The notes under the pieces were generated by a model that saw only the letters and a program-made list of their open reading frames with translations, made no database searches and was not told the DNA's origin. The translations under genes and the position numbers were made by a program. From Candidatus Metaruminococcus caecorum (lineage in GTDB: Bacteria > Bacillota > Clostridia > Oscillospirales > Ruminococcaceae), in assembly GCA_904420045.1 (NCBI GenBank), contig CAJFTY010000024.1:524-64523 (forward strand): a DNA stretch of 64,000 bases. Reading direction: 5' to 3'. How positions within the stretch are numbered: the stretch's first letter is position 1; the number at the start of each line of letters is the position of its first letter. This document shows, piece by piece, positions 21,647 to 30,266 of the stretch.

Positions 21647-23479
21647 ATGAAGAAACGCAACGGCCTGTTTTCTTCGCTTTCCGTCATTCTGGCGGCGGCG
21701 ATCGTAGCGGGCACCACCATGATTGCCGGCGCAGCGGAAGCGAATATCCCTGCGGAACCGGACGAGAACGGCATCTATGCTACCTTTAAGGGTAGCGATT
21801 TCATGCAGAACGACCGGGCGGGCGGCAACAGCAGCGAAAAAGATACCGAAGCCGGCGTCACCAAACTGCTGGGCAGCTTTAACAACGAGTTCTGGGGCCT
21901 GTACTGCAACAACATCAGTGGGGATAAAGTTTACAAAATCGGTGTGTATATGACCATTGACGAGGTTGTAGAAACTGGTTGGGACTTCAAGATCCGTCCT
22001 GCCAATGAGTATTATTTCGTCTACAAAAATGGCGATCTGTTTGACGCCAGCGCCACCGAACCTCAGAAGGTCATTCTGTCGGTTCCCTTCAAAGGCACCG
22101 ACCGCGAGATGAAAATGATCGCGGAAGGCCTTAGAGGCACTATCGACAAAGTGGTCATCGCTTCTGCGGACTACAACTTTATGGCGAACCAGGGCGACTA
22201 CAAGCTCCTTTTGGAAGAAGTGGCAAACCAGGGTTCTGCGATCGACGCGTCCAAACCTGCGGAGGGCACCTGGACCCCTTCTCACGAAGTGGAAGAGCCT
22301 TCTAAGTCCGGCGAGAAAGAGATCAAGTCCTTCAAACTGGGTGAAACCGCGGGCGTGATTTCTGGCGATAAGATTACCGTTGAGATGCCCAAAGACACGG
22401 ATCTGACCAACCTGACGGCTACCGCAGTGATCTCCGACAAGGCGACCATCAGCCCCGATCCTGCGACCGTGAAAGACTTTAGCAAGCCTGTTACCTTTAC
22501 CGTGACTGCGGAAGATGGCACCACTGCCACCTACACGGTCACCGCTACTGTGAAAGCGGATGAGGGAAATCCGGATGAGATTCCCGCGAAAGCCGCTGAC
22601 AAATACCTGGTCAACGGAAAAGAAGTTGCTATCGGCTACGACAGCACTGAAAAGGTCGTAGAGATTCTGGCGAAAAAGGATCTCAACAATATCAACCTGG
22701 AAGGCGGAGCCAGCAAAGACGAAGTGAACAACTGCGTCGTGATCCCCAAGACCACCAACGGCCGTGCGTTCTGGAACTTCACGGTTGACGCGACCGAAGG
22801 CAATTGGAACGATGGCGTTGTCACTGTTTACAAAGTCAAAGTAAAAGAAGAGGATCTGAAAGATCTCAGCGATGATACCGTGTTGTTCCACTTTGACAAC
22901 AAGTACGGCGGCGGAGATTTTGCAATCCCCTTCACCAAAGCGGACTATGTGAAAGCTCCGAAGGATGAAAATGGCTACGGCAGCTTTGTTATTAAAATGG
23001 ACGATGCCACCAGAAAAGCAATTGATTCCGGTATTCAGGGCGATCTGACCCATGTGGAAGGCCGGTTTGGCGGCAACGGAGCTGCGGAGCTGTATGTATC
23101 CGCTGAGATGACCCATTACGCCATTGACGAAGCGGGAGCACCGCTGTACAACGTGCAGAACCCCGATTCTCTGGCTGTGAAGGATGACGACAACACGTCT
23201 TCCGGCGACAACACCTCATCTGGAGACAACACATCTTCCGGTGACAATACGTCTTCTGGCGACAATACGTCCTCGGATGACAACACGTCTTCGGACGACA
23301 CGTCTTCGGACGACGGATATGTTCCGGACGACAACAGCACTCCCAGCTACGATGATAACACCAACAATGGTGACGGCAACAACAACCCTGTTACCGGCGC
23401 TGCTGGCATTGCGGTAGGCACCTTGGTTCTGGCGGCTGCGGCTGGCGCAACTCTGGTCCTGACCAAAAAAAGAAAATAA
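21647..23479 (+). CDS. Secreted surface protein with a cadherin-like/Ig-like beta-sandwich repeat, a D-N-T-S-S-G hexapeptide repeat linker and an NPVTG sorting-signal-like anchor
   Basis: RBS AAGGAGG lies 9 nt before ATG 21647 and there is a signal peptide. The module EIKSFKLGETAGVISGDKITVEMPKDTDLTNLTATAVISDKATISPDPATVKDFSKPVTFTVTAEDGTTATYTVT is typical of surface beta-sandwich domains. The C-terminus is NPVTG followed by a hydrophobic stretch and KKRK. Confidence 0.8.
   Translation: MKKRNGLFSSLSVILAAAIVAGTTMIAGAAEANIPAEPDENGIYATFKGSDFMQNDRAGGNSSEKDTEAGVTKLLGSFNNEFWGLYCNNISGDKVYKIGVYMTIDEVVETGWDFKIRPANEYYFVYKNGDLFDASATEPQKVILSVPFKGTDREMKMIAEGLRGTIDKVVIASADYNFMANQGDYKLLLEEVANQGSAIDASKPAEGTWTPSHEVEEPSKSGEKEIKSFKLGETAGVISGDKITVEMPKDTDLTNLTATAVISDKATISPDPATVKDFSKPVTFTVTAEDGTTATYTVTATVKADEGNPDEIPAKAADKYLVNGKEVAIGYDSTEKVVEILAKKDLNNINLEGGASKDEVNNCVVIPKTTNGRAFWNFTVDATEGNWNDGVVTVYKVKVKEEDLKDLSDDTVLFHFDNKYGGGDFAIPFTKADYVKAPKDENGYGSFVIKMDDATRKAIDSGIQGDLTHVEGRFGGNGAAELYVSAEMTHYAIDEAGAPLYNVQNPDSLAVKDDDNTSSGDNTSSGDNTSSGDNTSSGDNTSSDDNTSSDDTSSDDGYVPDDNSTPSYDDNTNNGDGNNNPVTGAAGIAVGTLVLAAAAGATLVLTKKRK
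23189..23313 (+). repeat. Imperfect 18 bp tandem repeat (about 7 units) encoding (DNTSSG)n inside the surface protein gene
   Basis: The units are GACAACACGTCTTCCGGC / GACAACACCTCATCTGGA / GACAACACATCTTCCGGT / GACAATACGTCTTCTGGC, and so on. They differ mostly at synonymous positions. Confidence 0.9.
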
Positions 23480-23498
23480 GAGTTGACAGTAAGTAAAG

Positions 23499-23530
23499 AC
23501 GAGGGCTGATTTTTCAGCCCTCGTTTTTTA
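23499..23530 (+). terminator. Rho-independent terminator
   Basis: Stem ACGAGGGCTGA / TCAGCCCTCGT followed by TTTTTT. Confidence 0.85.
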
Positions 23531-23624
23531 TTAAAAAGTTCTACAAAGGTATTATAAAAGAATGAAGGAAACAAATGATGACTGCCGTGGTTTGCGGCAG
23601 ACGAAATGAAAAGAGGAATCAATC

Positions 23625-23897
23625 GTGGAGTTTCAAAAAGATCGTGATCGCATTTATCTGGAGGATCATTCTGGTAAGCTCCTGGCCGAGGTGACGTTCC
23701 CGGAGGTAAGCCCCGGCGTGGTACAAATCGACCACACCTATGTGGACGAATCCCTGCGGGGCCAGGGAGTGGCAGGGCAGTTGATGGAACAGGCGGTCCG
23801 GCAGATTCGAGAGCACGGCTGGCGAGCGGTCCCCGTCTGCTCCTACGCGGTGAGCTGGTTTCAAAAGCATCCGGACTGGCGGGAGCTTTTGGGATAG
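23625..23897 (+). CDS. Small GNAT-family N-acetyltransferase (YjdJ-like, single C-terminal GNAT motif)
   Basis: HTYVDESLRGQGVAGQLMEQAVRQIREHGWRAVPVCSYA is the acetyl-CoA-binding Q/RxxGxG/A motif. Length is 90 aa, with a GTG start and RBS AGAGGA. Confidence 0.75.
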   Translation: MEFQKDRDRIYLEDHSGKLLAEVTFPEVSPGVVQIDHTYVDESLRGQGVAGQLMEQAVRQIREHGWRAVPVCSYAVSWFQKHPDWRELLG

Positions 23898-23955
23898 CAT
23901 CGTCTGGGCCCATCCCTCTGAAACCCAGCCGAGGGCTTGATTCTAAGTAACCCCC

Positions 23956-23988
23956 AAAGAGCTCCCTTCTGCAAGGGAGCTCTTTTTC
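23956..23988 (+). terminator. Rho-independent terminator
   Basis: Stem AAAGAGCTCCCTT / AAGGGAGCTCTTT with loop CTGC, followed by a T-rich tail. Confidence 0.75.
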
Positions 23989-24347
23989 TCTGAAAAACAG
24001 ATAGGAAATTGAAAATATCCGCAGAAATACAGTATCTATCAGCAAAATAGCTAAAAGAAGAAAATTACAACAAATGAAAGAGCCTTTAAAGTTATAAAAA
24101 TCGGCACTTGAAACAGAGTGTCGTTTTCTATACAGTGAAACAACAGACGATTTCATTTCTGTTTAAACACCTTAAAACGTATTAGACTTTGATTTGTCAA
24201 GGGTTTGTTGCGTAAACAATGCTTTGCACCTTTTACAAATCATAAGCGAATAAGTAACTTTTCATAAGCAGAAAAGAAATGACAATGTTTAAAGGAGCAT
24301 GATAAAATAAATAAAAAGATAAATTGGAAGTTGAGAGGAAATTGAAC

Positions 24348-25004
24348 ATGAATAAGGAATGGTCTGACCTTAATAAAACAATGCAGGCACAAATAAAAAA
24401 GAAAGATACTTTTAAGATGGGGATTGATACTTTACTTCGTTTACGCAGTCAGATAATGCAAACCTTAATATCTTTCAAAGAGGAATTAAGCAGAGAAGCT
24501 TTTAACTCAATCCCCTTTATAAGCGCTGATGGTTATCATAGTAAGACAATTGCATATTCAATTTGGCATATTTTCCGCATTGAAGATATCGTTGTGCATA
24601 CAGTGATAAATGAAGATGAACAAGTATTTTTTGCGGACAATTATCAAGAGCGTATCAATTCACCTATCATCACAACAGGAAATGAACTCATGAAACAGCA
24701 GATTGCAGACTTTTCAAAACAGCTTAATCTGGAAGAATTATATTCATATATTCTTGAAGTACGGGAAAGCACTGAGACAATGCTTGAACGGTTATCTTAT
24801 GATGATTTAAAAAGAAAAATACCGGAAGAAAGAAAAGGATACTTAAAATCGTTAAATGTAGTAAACGACAATGAAAAAGCAATTTGGCTGATTGATTATT
24901 GGTGTAATAAAGATATTCGTGGACTAATTCAAATGCCGCTCTCAAGACATTGGATTATGCACACAGAAGCCTGTTTGCGTATAAAGAACAAGATACATTC
25001 ATAA
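24348..25004 (+). CDS. DinB-superfamily protein in an AT-rich islet
   Basis: The KTIAYSIWHIFRIEDIVVH motif is DinB_2-like. I chose ATG 24348 (RBS GAGAGGAAA) over the TTG at 24324. GC content is much lower than the surrounding genes. Confidence 0.6.
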   Translation: MNKEWSDLNKTMQAQIKKKDTFKMGIDTLLRLRSQIMQTLISFKEELSREAFNSIPFISADGYHSKTIAYSIWHIFRIEDIVVHTVINEDEQVFFADNYQERINSPIITTGNELMKQQIADFSKQLNLEELYSYILEVRESTETMLERLSYDDLKRKIPEERKGYLKSLNVVNDNEKAIWLIDYWCNKDIRGLIQMPLSRHWIMHTEACLRIKNKIHS

Positions 25005-25180
25005 GCGAAAGTTCCAGTTTGTCAGAGAAAAACAGATGGATGAAAGCGGCGGTGGGATTCTTGCGCCGGTGTATCAAAAACATTCAAAAAACCGTAAGGT
25101 TTTTTCTCTTGCAGGACAGGCGAATATGGTATACTATGAATACAGAAGTGTTTGGATTTTGAACCAGAGGTGAGACTCGA

Positions 25181-25930
25181 TTGATTGCGATTTTGTCGCC
25201 GGCCAAAAATATGCGGAGCGCCAAAATGCAGGGGCTTTCTTTGACGGAACCGGATTATTCCCGGCAGACGGCGGAGCTTTCCGCCCTGCTGCGGGCCATG
25301 AGCCCCTGGCAGTTCGAAAGCGCGATGCAGCTCAATCCAGATCTGGCTCTGAAGGCGTTTGGGCTCTCTCAGGATTTTCCGGAGGACATCGTTTCGGCCC
25401 GGGGAGGCAGCGCGGCGGCGCTGTCCTATTACGGGCTGGCGTATCAGCATTTGGACGCGGCAACGCTCAGCCTTGAGGATTTTGCCTTTGCACAGGATCA
25501 TCTGCGGATCGTCAGCGCGCTTTACGGCCTTCTGCGGCCCGCCGACCGGATTTTCCCCTACCGGCTGGAGTTCCAGTGCCGGGTAAAGCCCGGCGGAAAA
25601 AGCCTGTACGCCTTTTGGGGCGGCCGCCTGCGGGAGGATTTGTTCCGCCTGGGGGAGCCGGTAATCAACTTGGCGTCAGGGGAATACTCCAAAGCGGTAC
25701 GCCCGAAACATTCTGGTCAAGGAACCATGATTACCTGCGAGTTTAAAACCCGCCGGGGACAAAAGCTCATTACCCTGCCCACCGAAGCCAAAATGGCCCG
25801 GGGGAGGATGGCCCGGTTCATTGTTCAAAACCGGCTGGATTCCCCGGAACGGCTGACCTCCTTCGATTGGGGCGGCTGGACGTTTCAGCCGGGACTTTCC
25901 AGCGGGGATACATTGGTCTTTATCCGGTGA
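25181..25930 (+). CDS. yaaA: Peroxide-stress protein YaaA (UPF0246)
   Basis: N-terminus MIAILSPAKNM, with later motifs LSALYGLLRPADRIFPYRLE and AKMARGRMARF. TTG start with RBS AGAGGTGA. Confidence 0.85.
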   Translation: MIAILSPAKNMRSAKMQGLSLTEPDYSRQTAELSALLRAMSPWQFESAMQLNPDLALKAFGLSQDFPEDIVSARGGSAAALSYYGLAYQHLDAATLSLEDFAFAQDHLRIVSALYGLLRPADRIFPYRLEFQCRVKPGGKSLYAFWGGRLREDLFRLGEPVINLASGEYSKAVRPKHSGQGTMITCEFKTRRGQKLITLPTEAKMARGRMARFIVQNRLDSPERLTSFDWGGWTFQPGLSSGDTLVFIR

Positions 25931-25968
25931 AAAAATGCGTGAAACGATTTTATGCGGAGTAGAACAAC

Positions 25969-26718
25969 ATGAATAAACAGGAATTGTATGATAAACTGAA
26001 AACACAGCTCGCCATCGAATACAACTGCCGTCCGGAGGATTTTTCCCGCCGGGAAAACGTGGTGACCCTTTCTGCCGCCAACGAAGGGCGGCGAGTGTAC
26101 GCCGACCGGCCATTCTTTTTCCAGATGGCGACACTGGGAGGCAACGCGGTGATTACTGCGGACGAGCGGCTCCACCCATGGCTCCACGAATATGTGGAAG
26201 ATCAGCCCGGTCACTGGCTGTTTGAGCACCGGTCCCTGTGTAGAATCGACAACCAGCTGAAAAAGTACGGGAAACGTCTGTGGCAGACCCACCACATGTT
26301 CCTGCCGGACATGGAGATCACCTCGGTAAAGGATCTGGTGCCTGTGCGTTGGCACGAGCAGGAAAACCTTCATTCGTTTTACGCCGAAAAGCGGTTTCCA
26401 AACGCTTTGTGCAGCCGCTTTATGCCTGCAAGGCCCGATATGCTGGCGGTGGCGGCTTACGACGGGGAGCAGATCATCGCCATGGCGGGGTGCTCCGCCG
26501 ATACGCCGGAGCTCTGGCAGATCGGGATTGACGTGCAGGAACAGTACCGGGGCAGAGGGATCGGGACCTATCTGGTGACGCTTTTAAAAAACGAGACCAT
26601 CCGGCGGGGAAAAATCCCCTTTTACGGCACCAGCCTGTCCAATCTTCCCTCCTGGCGGATCGCGTTAAACAGCGGATTTTTCCCCGCCTGGATTGAAGTG
26701 GAGACAATTGAAGAATAG
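25969..26718 (+). CDS. GNAT-family N-acetyltransferase
   Basis: IGIDVQEQYRGRGIGTYLVTLLKNE is the acetyl-CoA-binding motif in the C-terminal half. Confidence 0.75.
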   Translation: MNKQELYDKLKTQLAIEYNCRPEDFSRRENVVTLSAANEGRRVYADRPFFFQMATLGGNAVITADERLHPWLHEYVEDQPGHWLFEHRSLCRIDNQLKKYGKRLWQTHHMFLPDMEITSVKDLVPVRWHEQENLHSFYAEKRFPNALCSRFMPARPDMLAVAAYDGEQIIAMAGCSADTPELWQIGIDVQEQYRGRGIGTYLVTLLKNETIRRGKIPFYGTSLSNLPSWRIALNSGFFPAWIEVETIEE

Positions 26719-26765
26719 TTTTGGGCTTTTAGAGCCTTATTTTTACAAAAGCGGAGGAAACAACC

Positions 26766-27230
26766 ATGTTGGAAGCGGGAATGAAAGCGCCGGCGTTTAC
26801 GCTGGCAGACAAGGACGGGAATCTTGTGTGTCTTCAGGACTTTTTGGGTAAAAAGGTGGTGCTGTACTTTTACCCCAGGGACAACACCCCCGGCTGCACC
26901 CGGCAGGCCTGCGCCTTTAAGGACGCGTATCAGGGGTTTCTGGACAAGGACGTGGTGGTGATCGGGATCAGCAAGGACAGCGTGAGTTCCCATCAAAAGT
27001 TTGCGGAAAAATATGAGCTGCCGTTTCTTTTGCTCAGCGATCCGGAACGTCAGGCCATCGAGGCCTACGGTGTATGGCAGGAAAAAAAGCTGTATGGCAA
27101 GGTGAGCTTTGGGGTGGTGCGCTCCACCTTTGTGATCGGGGAGGACGGGACGATCCGAAAGGTGTTTTCCAAGGCAAAGCCCGACTCAAACGCCGGGGAG
27201 ATTCTGGCCTATTTAGAGGGCGAACAGTAA
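26766..27230 (+). CDS. bcp: Thioredoxin-dependent thiol peroxidase (peroxiredoxin Bcp)
   Basis: FYPRDNTPGCTRQACAF is the PxxxTxxC peroxidatic-Cys motif. Length is 154 aa. Confidence 0.92.
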   Translation: MLEAGMKAPAFTLADKDGNLVCLQDFLGKKVVLYFYPRDNTPGCTRQACAFKDAYQGFLDKDVVVIGISKDSVSSHQKFAEKYELPFLLLSDPERQAIEAYGVWQEKKLYGKVSFGVVRSTFVIGEDGTIRKVFSKAKPDSNAGEILAYLEGEQ

Positions 27231-27995
27231 ATGGATGCAGGCTGGAATCCATGGCACGGCTGTCATAAGTTCAGCGCCGGGTGCCAAAACTGCTATGTGT
27301 ACCGGATTGACTTAGGCCACGGCCGGGATCCGTCCCAGGTGAGCAAAAACGCCTTGTTTGACCTCCCGGTGCGCCGGGGTCGGAACGGAGACTATAAAAT
27401 CCCTCCTGGTTCGACGGTGTACACCTGCTTTTCCTCGGATTTTCTGCTGGAGGACGCGGACGGCTGGCGGCCCGACGCCTGGCGGATGATGAAAGAGCGG
27501 GACGACCTGCGGTTTTTGTTCATCACCAAGCGGATTCACCGGCTGGCGGACTGCCTCCCCGCAGATTGGGGAGAGGGATATGAAAACGTCCACATCTGCT
27601 GCACCATGGAAAATCAAGAGGCGGCGGACAAGCGGCTTCCCATTCTGATGGACGCCCCCGTTCGTCACAAGGGCATCGTGTGCGAGCCTTTGCTGGGTCC
27701 CATCGACTTAAACGGTATGCTGGGCCCCTGGGCGGAGCAGCTCATCGCCGGGGGCGAGTCGGGAAATGGGGCTAGGGTCTGCGACTATGACTGGGTGCTC
27801 TCGCTGGCAGCACAGTGCTATCAGGCGGGAGTGGCTTTTTCCTTTAAACAGACTGGGGCTCGGTTTAAAAAAGACGGACGGCTGTACCGGGTTCCCCGGC
27901 GGGAGCAGCACCGCCAGGCAAAAAAGGCGGGAATTGACAGCGAGCCAAAGGGAGATTCCTGTGGGGATTTCATTCCAGCACAACTGACCTTTTAA
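27231..27995 (+). CDS. DUF5131 (phage Gp37/Gp68-family) protein
   Basis: The N-terminal signature WNPWHGCHKFSAGCQNCY is present. Its ATG directly abuts the bcp stop (TAAATG). Confidence 0.75.
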   Translation: MDAGWNPWHGCHKFSAGCQNCYVYRIDLGHGRDPSQVSKNALFDLPVRRGRNGDYKIPPGSTVYTCFSSDFLLEDADGWRPDAWRMMKERDDLRFLFITKRIHRLADCLPADWGEGYENVHICCTMENQEAADKRLPILMDAPVRHKGIVCEPLLGPIDLNGMLGPWAEQLIAGGESGNGARVCDYDWVLSLAAQCYQAGVAFSFKQTGARFKKDGRLYRVPRREQHRQAKKAGIDSEPKGDSCGDFIPAQLTF

Positions 27996-28020
27996 GAATC
28001 AACAGAAAGGAGGCGCAGAA

Positions 28021-28353
28021 GTGGACAGTGCGTTTGAGCGGATTTACAAAGTTGTGGAGAAAATCCCCCGGGGAAAGGTTTGCACCTACGGACAGGTGGC
28101 CCGCATGGCTGGAAGCCCCCGCTGGGCCCGGGTGGTGGGATACGCCCTGCACGCCAATCCCCGGCCGGGGGTCATTCCCTGCCACCGGGTGGTCAACCGT
28201 CTGGGGGAATTGGCTCCGGCGTTTGCCTTTGGCGGGGAAAACCGTCAGCGGGAGCTTCTTACGGCCGAGGGCGTGACCTTTCTGCCCGACGGCAGGGTGG
28301 ATATGAAAGCTTGTTTTTGGCAGGGGGATCCCTTGCTTTTGGATATCCGTTAA
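28021..28353 (+). CDS. Single-domain MGMT/Ogt-family protein (DNA-binding alkyltransferase domain only, active-site Cys retained)
   Basis: GKVCTYGQVARMAGSPRWARVVGYAL...IPCHRVV contains the PCHRV motif. Length is 110 aa, with a GTG start and RBS AAAGGAGG. Confidence 0.85.
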   Translation: MDSAFERIYKVVEKIPRGKVCTYGQVARMAGSPRWARVVGYALHANPRPGVIPCHRVVNRLGELAPAFAFGGENRQRELLTAEGVTFLPDGRVDMKACFWQGDPLLLDIR

Positions 28354-28373
28354 AATCAGAGGAGGAATGGAGT

Positions 28374-28718
28374 ATGCCGTGTATTCAAATTAAAACCAAT
28401 GTGGAGATCAAAGCCCCGCAGGAGCAGGAGATCAAATCCCAGCTGGGGCACGCGATCTCGCTGATTCCGGGCAAGAGCGAGCAGTGGCTGATGATTACCC
28501 TGGAGCCCGGCCGTACCATCTATTTTCAGGGGGAAAAGGAATTTCCTGCGGCGTTTGTAGATGTAAGCGTGTATGGAAGCTCCACCCGGGAGGCTTACCG
28601 CGCCCTGACCCGAGCGATTACCGATATTTTGCAGGCCGAACTGGGCATTCAGGCGTCCCGTATCTATGTGAAATACACAGAGTGCGAGCACTGGGGATGG
28701 AACGGAGAGAATTTTTAG
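28374..28718 (+). CDS. MIF/tautomerase-superfamily protein
   Basis: MPCIQIKTN has Pro-1 after Met removal. The protein is 114 aa with RBS GGAGGA. The track ORF 28080..28718 carries a spurious N-terminal extension overlapping the MGMT gene. Confidence 0.7.
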   Translation: MPCIQIKTNVEIKAPQEQEIKSQLGHAISLIPGKSEQWLMITLEPGRTIYFQGEKEFPAAFVDVSVYGSSTREAYRALTRAITDILQAELGIQASRIYVKYTECEHWGWNGENF

Positions 28719-28894
28719 GGAATTGGGACGGATTCCGAAAAAATTCATGCCGATTTCACAGAGATGTACGATTTTTTTGCCCCTTTCCACAAAAAAAAAT
28801 CAAATAAATTGTACAGAAAAGTATTTACAATATAGCGAAAAGTTGTATAATAGTAATAGATATTTACGATGTATATGAAAGGGGAAAATAGTCT

Positions 28895-29641
28895 ATGGAA
28901 CTCAAAAATTTAATTTCAACAAGTGAAACAGTTGATGTCTTTAAGGACGGCAAGATGGCGATCAAACTGTTCAAGGAAGGCTGCCCCAAAACTATGGCGC
29001 TGTACGAGGCGCTGACCCATTCTCGGGTCGAAGCAACCGGGCTGCGGGTTCCGGTGATACATGAGGTTTCAGTGATTAAAAACCGCTGGGCCATCCACAT
29101 GGATCTGATCGAGGGCAAGACCCTGGCAGACGTGATGAAGGACGACCCCGCCAACATGGAAAAATATGTGGATCAGATGGTGGATATCCAGATCGAAATC
29201 CACTCCAAGTCTGTTCCGAAGCTCAGCAAGCTGAAAGATAAACTGATCCGCCAGATCAACCTGCTGGACACGGTGGATGACGCGGTCAAATATGAACTGC
29301 TCACCCGGCTGGACAGCATGCCCAAGCACACTAAGCTCTGCCACGGAAACTTCATGCCGGAGAACATCATCATGAACGACGAGGGCGTGTATGTGGTGGA
29401 CTGGGTGGCGGCCCGCCAGGGCAACGCCAGCGCGGACGTGGGGCGCACCTATCTGCTGCTGTCCTTAAAGAATCCCGAAATGGCGGAGATGTACCTCAAC
29501 AAGTTCTGCGAAAAGACCAACACCTCTAAAAAATATGTGCAGGATTGGCTGCCCATTGTGGCGGCGTTCCAGCTCACCGAAAACAACCCCGCGGAAAAAG
29601 ACCTGCTGATGAAATGGGTCAACGTGGTGGCCTACGAATAA
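28895..29641 (+). CDS. APH/choline-kinase-like phosphotransferase-family protein (catalytic-loop variant HGN)
   Basis: KLCHGNFMPENIIMNDEGVYVVDWVAARQGNASADVGRTY matches the HGDxxxxN...IDW kinase core, except Asn replaces the catalytic Asp (AAC at 29348..29350). Confidence 0.7.
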   Translation: MELKNLISTSETVDVFKDGKMAIKLFKEGCPKTMALYEALTHSRVEATGLRVPVIHEVSVIKNRWAIHMDLIEGKTLADVMKDDPANMEKYVDQMVDIQIEIHSKSVPKLSKLKDKLIRQINLLDTVDDAVKYELLTRLDSMPKHTKLCHGNFMPENIIMNDEGVYVVDWVAARQGNASADVGRTYLLLSLKNPEMAEMYLNKFCEKTNTSKKYVQDWLPIVAAFQLTENNPAEKDLLMKWVNVVAYE

Positions 29642-29652
29642 ACACAGCGCAA

Positions 29653-29688
29653 AAAGTGGGGCAGAAAGATTTCTGCCCCACTTTTTTG
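29653..29688 (+). terminator. Rho-independent terminator
   Basis: Stem AAGTGGGGCAGAAA / TTTCTGCCCCACTT followed by TTTTTT. Confidence 0.9.
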
Positions 29689-29710
29689 CTATGCGAGGGG
29701 GAACTATTTT

Positions 29711-30031
29711 ATGCGGCGTTATGAACGGGACCGGTGGATGAAAATTCTGCTGATTATAGGCGGGATTTTGTTGGTAGGAGCGATTGTATTCACAAAATTG
29801 CTGGGCAATTGGGGATATCACACTCTTTCCGTGAGGCCGCACGGTAGCTGGCGGAATTTCCTGCCAGCTGTGGCGCCGGTTGTCCCGCTGTTTTGGGGCG
29901 GCTGGCTGTTTGGCTTAAAAATTCGGGAAAAGCATCGGGGATGGAGCATCTTTTTCCGAATTTTTCTATGTTTGTGCTGCGTGGGATTGGTCTGTTTTTT
30001 TCTGGCTGCTGGACATCCTTTGACAGCGTAA
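29711..30031 (+). CDS. Hypothetical small membrane protein
   Basis: Three or four hydrophobic segments and RBS GAGGGGG. No family was recognised. Confidence 0.5.
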   Translation: MRRYERDRWMKILLIIGGILLVGAIVFTKLLGNWGYHTLSVRPHGSWRNFLPAVAPVVPLFWGGWLFGLKIREKHRGWSIFFRIFLCLCCVGLVCFFLAAGHPLTA

Positions 30032-30156
30032 GCCGGGGCGCTCTTGCGCGCCCCAAAATTTCAAATTTGCCGGATGGCGAAAAGGCTGTCCGGCAAATTA
30101 TTCATTCTGTCTAAAATCCGGGAGGATTTTCACCCGAGGATTGGCAGGCGGGACGG

Positions 30157-30186
30157 TTGACAGTTGTTTTTGGGGTATGGTATAAT
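30157..30186 (+). promoter_or_regulatory. Sigma-A-type promoter of adhE with extended -10
   Basis: TTGACA (30157..30162), an 18 nt spacer, then TGgTATAAT (30181..30186). Confidence 0.7.
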
Positions 30187-30266
30187 GTGATTGTTAAAAA
30201 AATAACAACTACACCGATTCAACAGGCAAACACACGTGATGGAAGAATGAATGGAGGATTCAAACC

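Noticed and set aside
21602-23116. A 504 aa minus-strand ORF
   Set aside because: It is antisense to the secreted surface protein gene (21647..23479), has no RBS, and gives an implausible sequence.
23189-23313. A possible CRISPR-like or minisatellite array of 18 bp repeats
   Set aside because: The units are contiguous with no spacers, are in frame within a CDS, and encode a DNTSSG peptide repeat. No cas genes are present.
23347-24156. A 269 aa minus-strand ORF spanning the small GNAT gene and AT-rich spacer
   Set aside because: It is antisense to a motif-supported GNAT gene, crosses two terminator hairpins, and gives an implausible composition.
28080-28373. An N-terminal extension of the tautomerase ORF (track ORF 28080..28718)
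   Set aside because: The extension overlaps the MGMT gene in another frame and is Gly/Pro/Arg-rich. A strong GGAGGA RBS precedes the internal ATG at 28374, which yields the Pro-1 tautomerase N-terminus.
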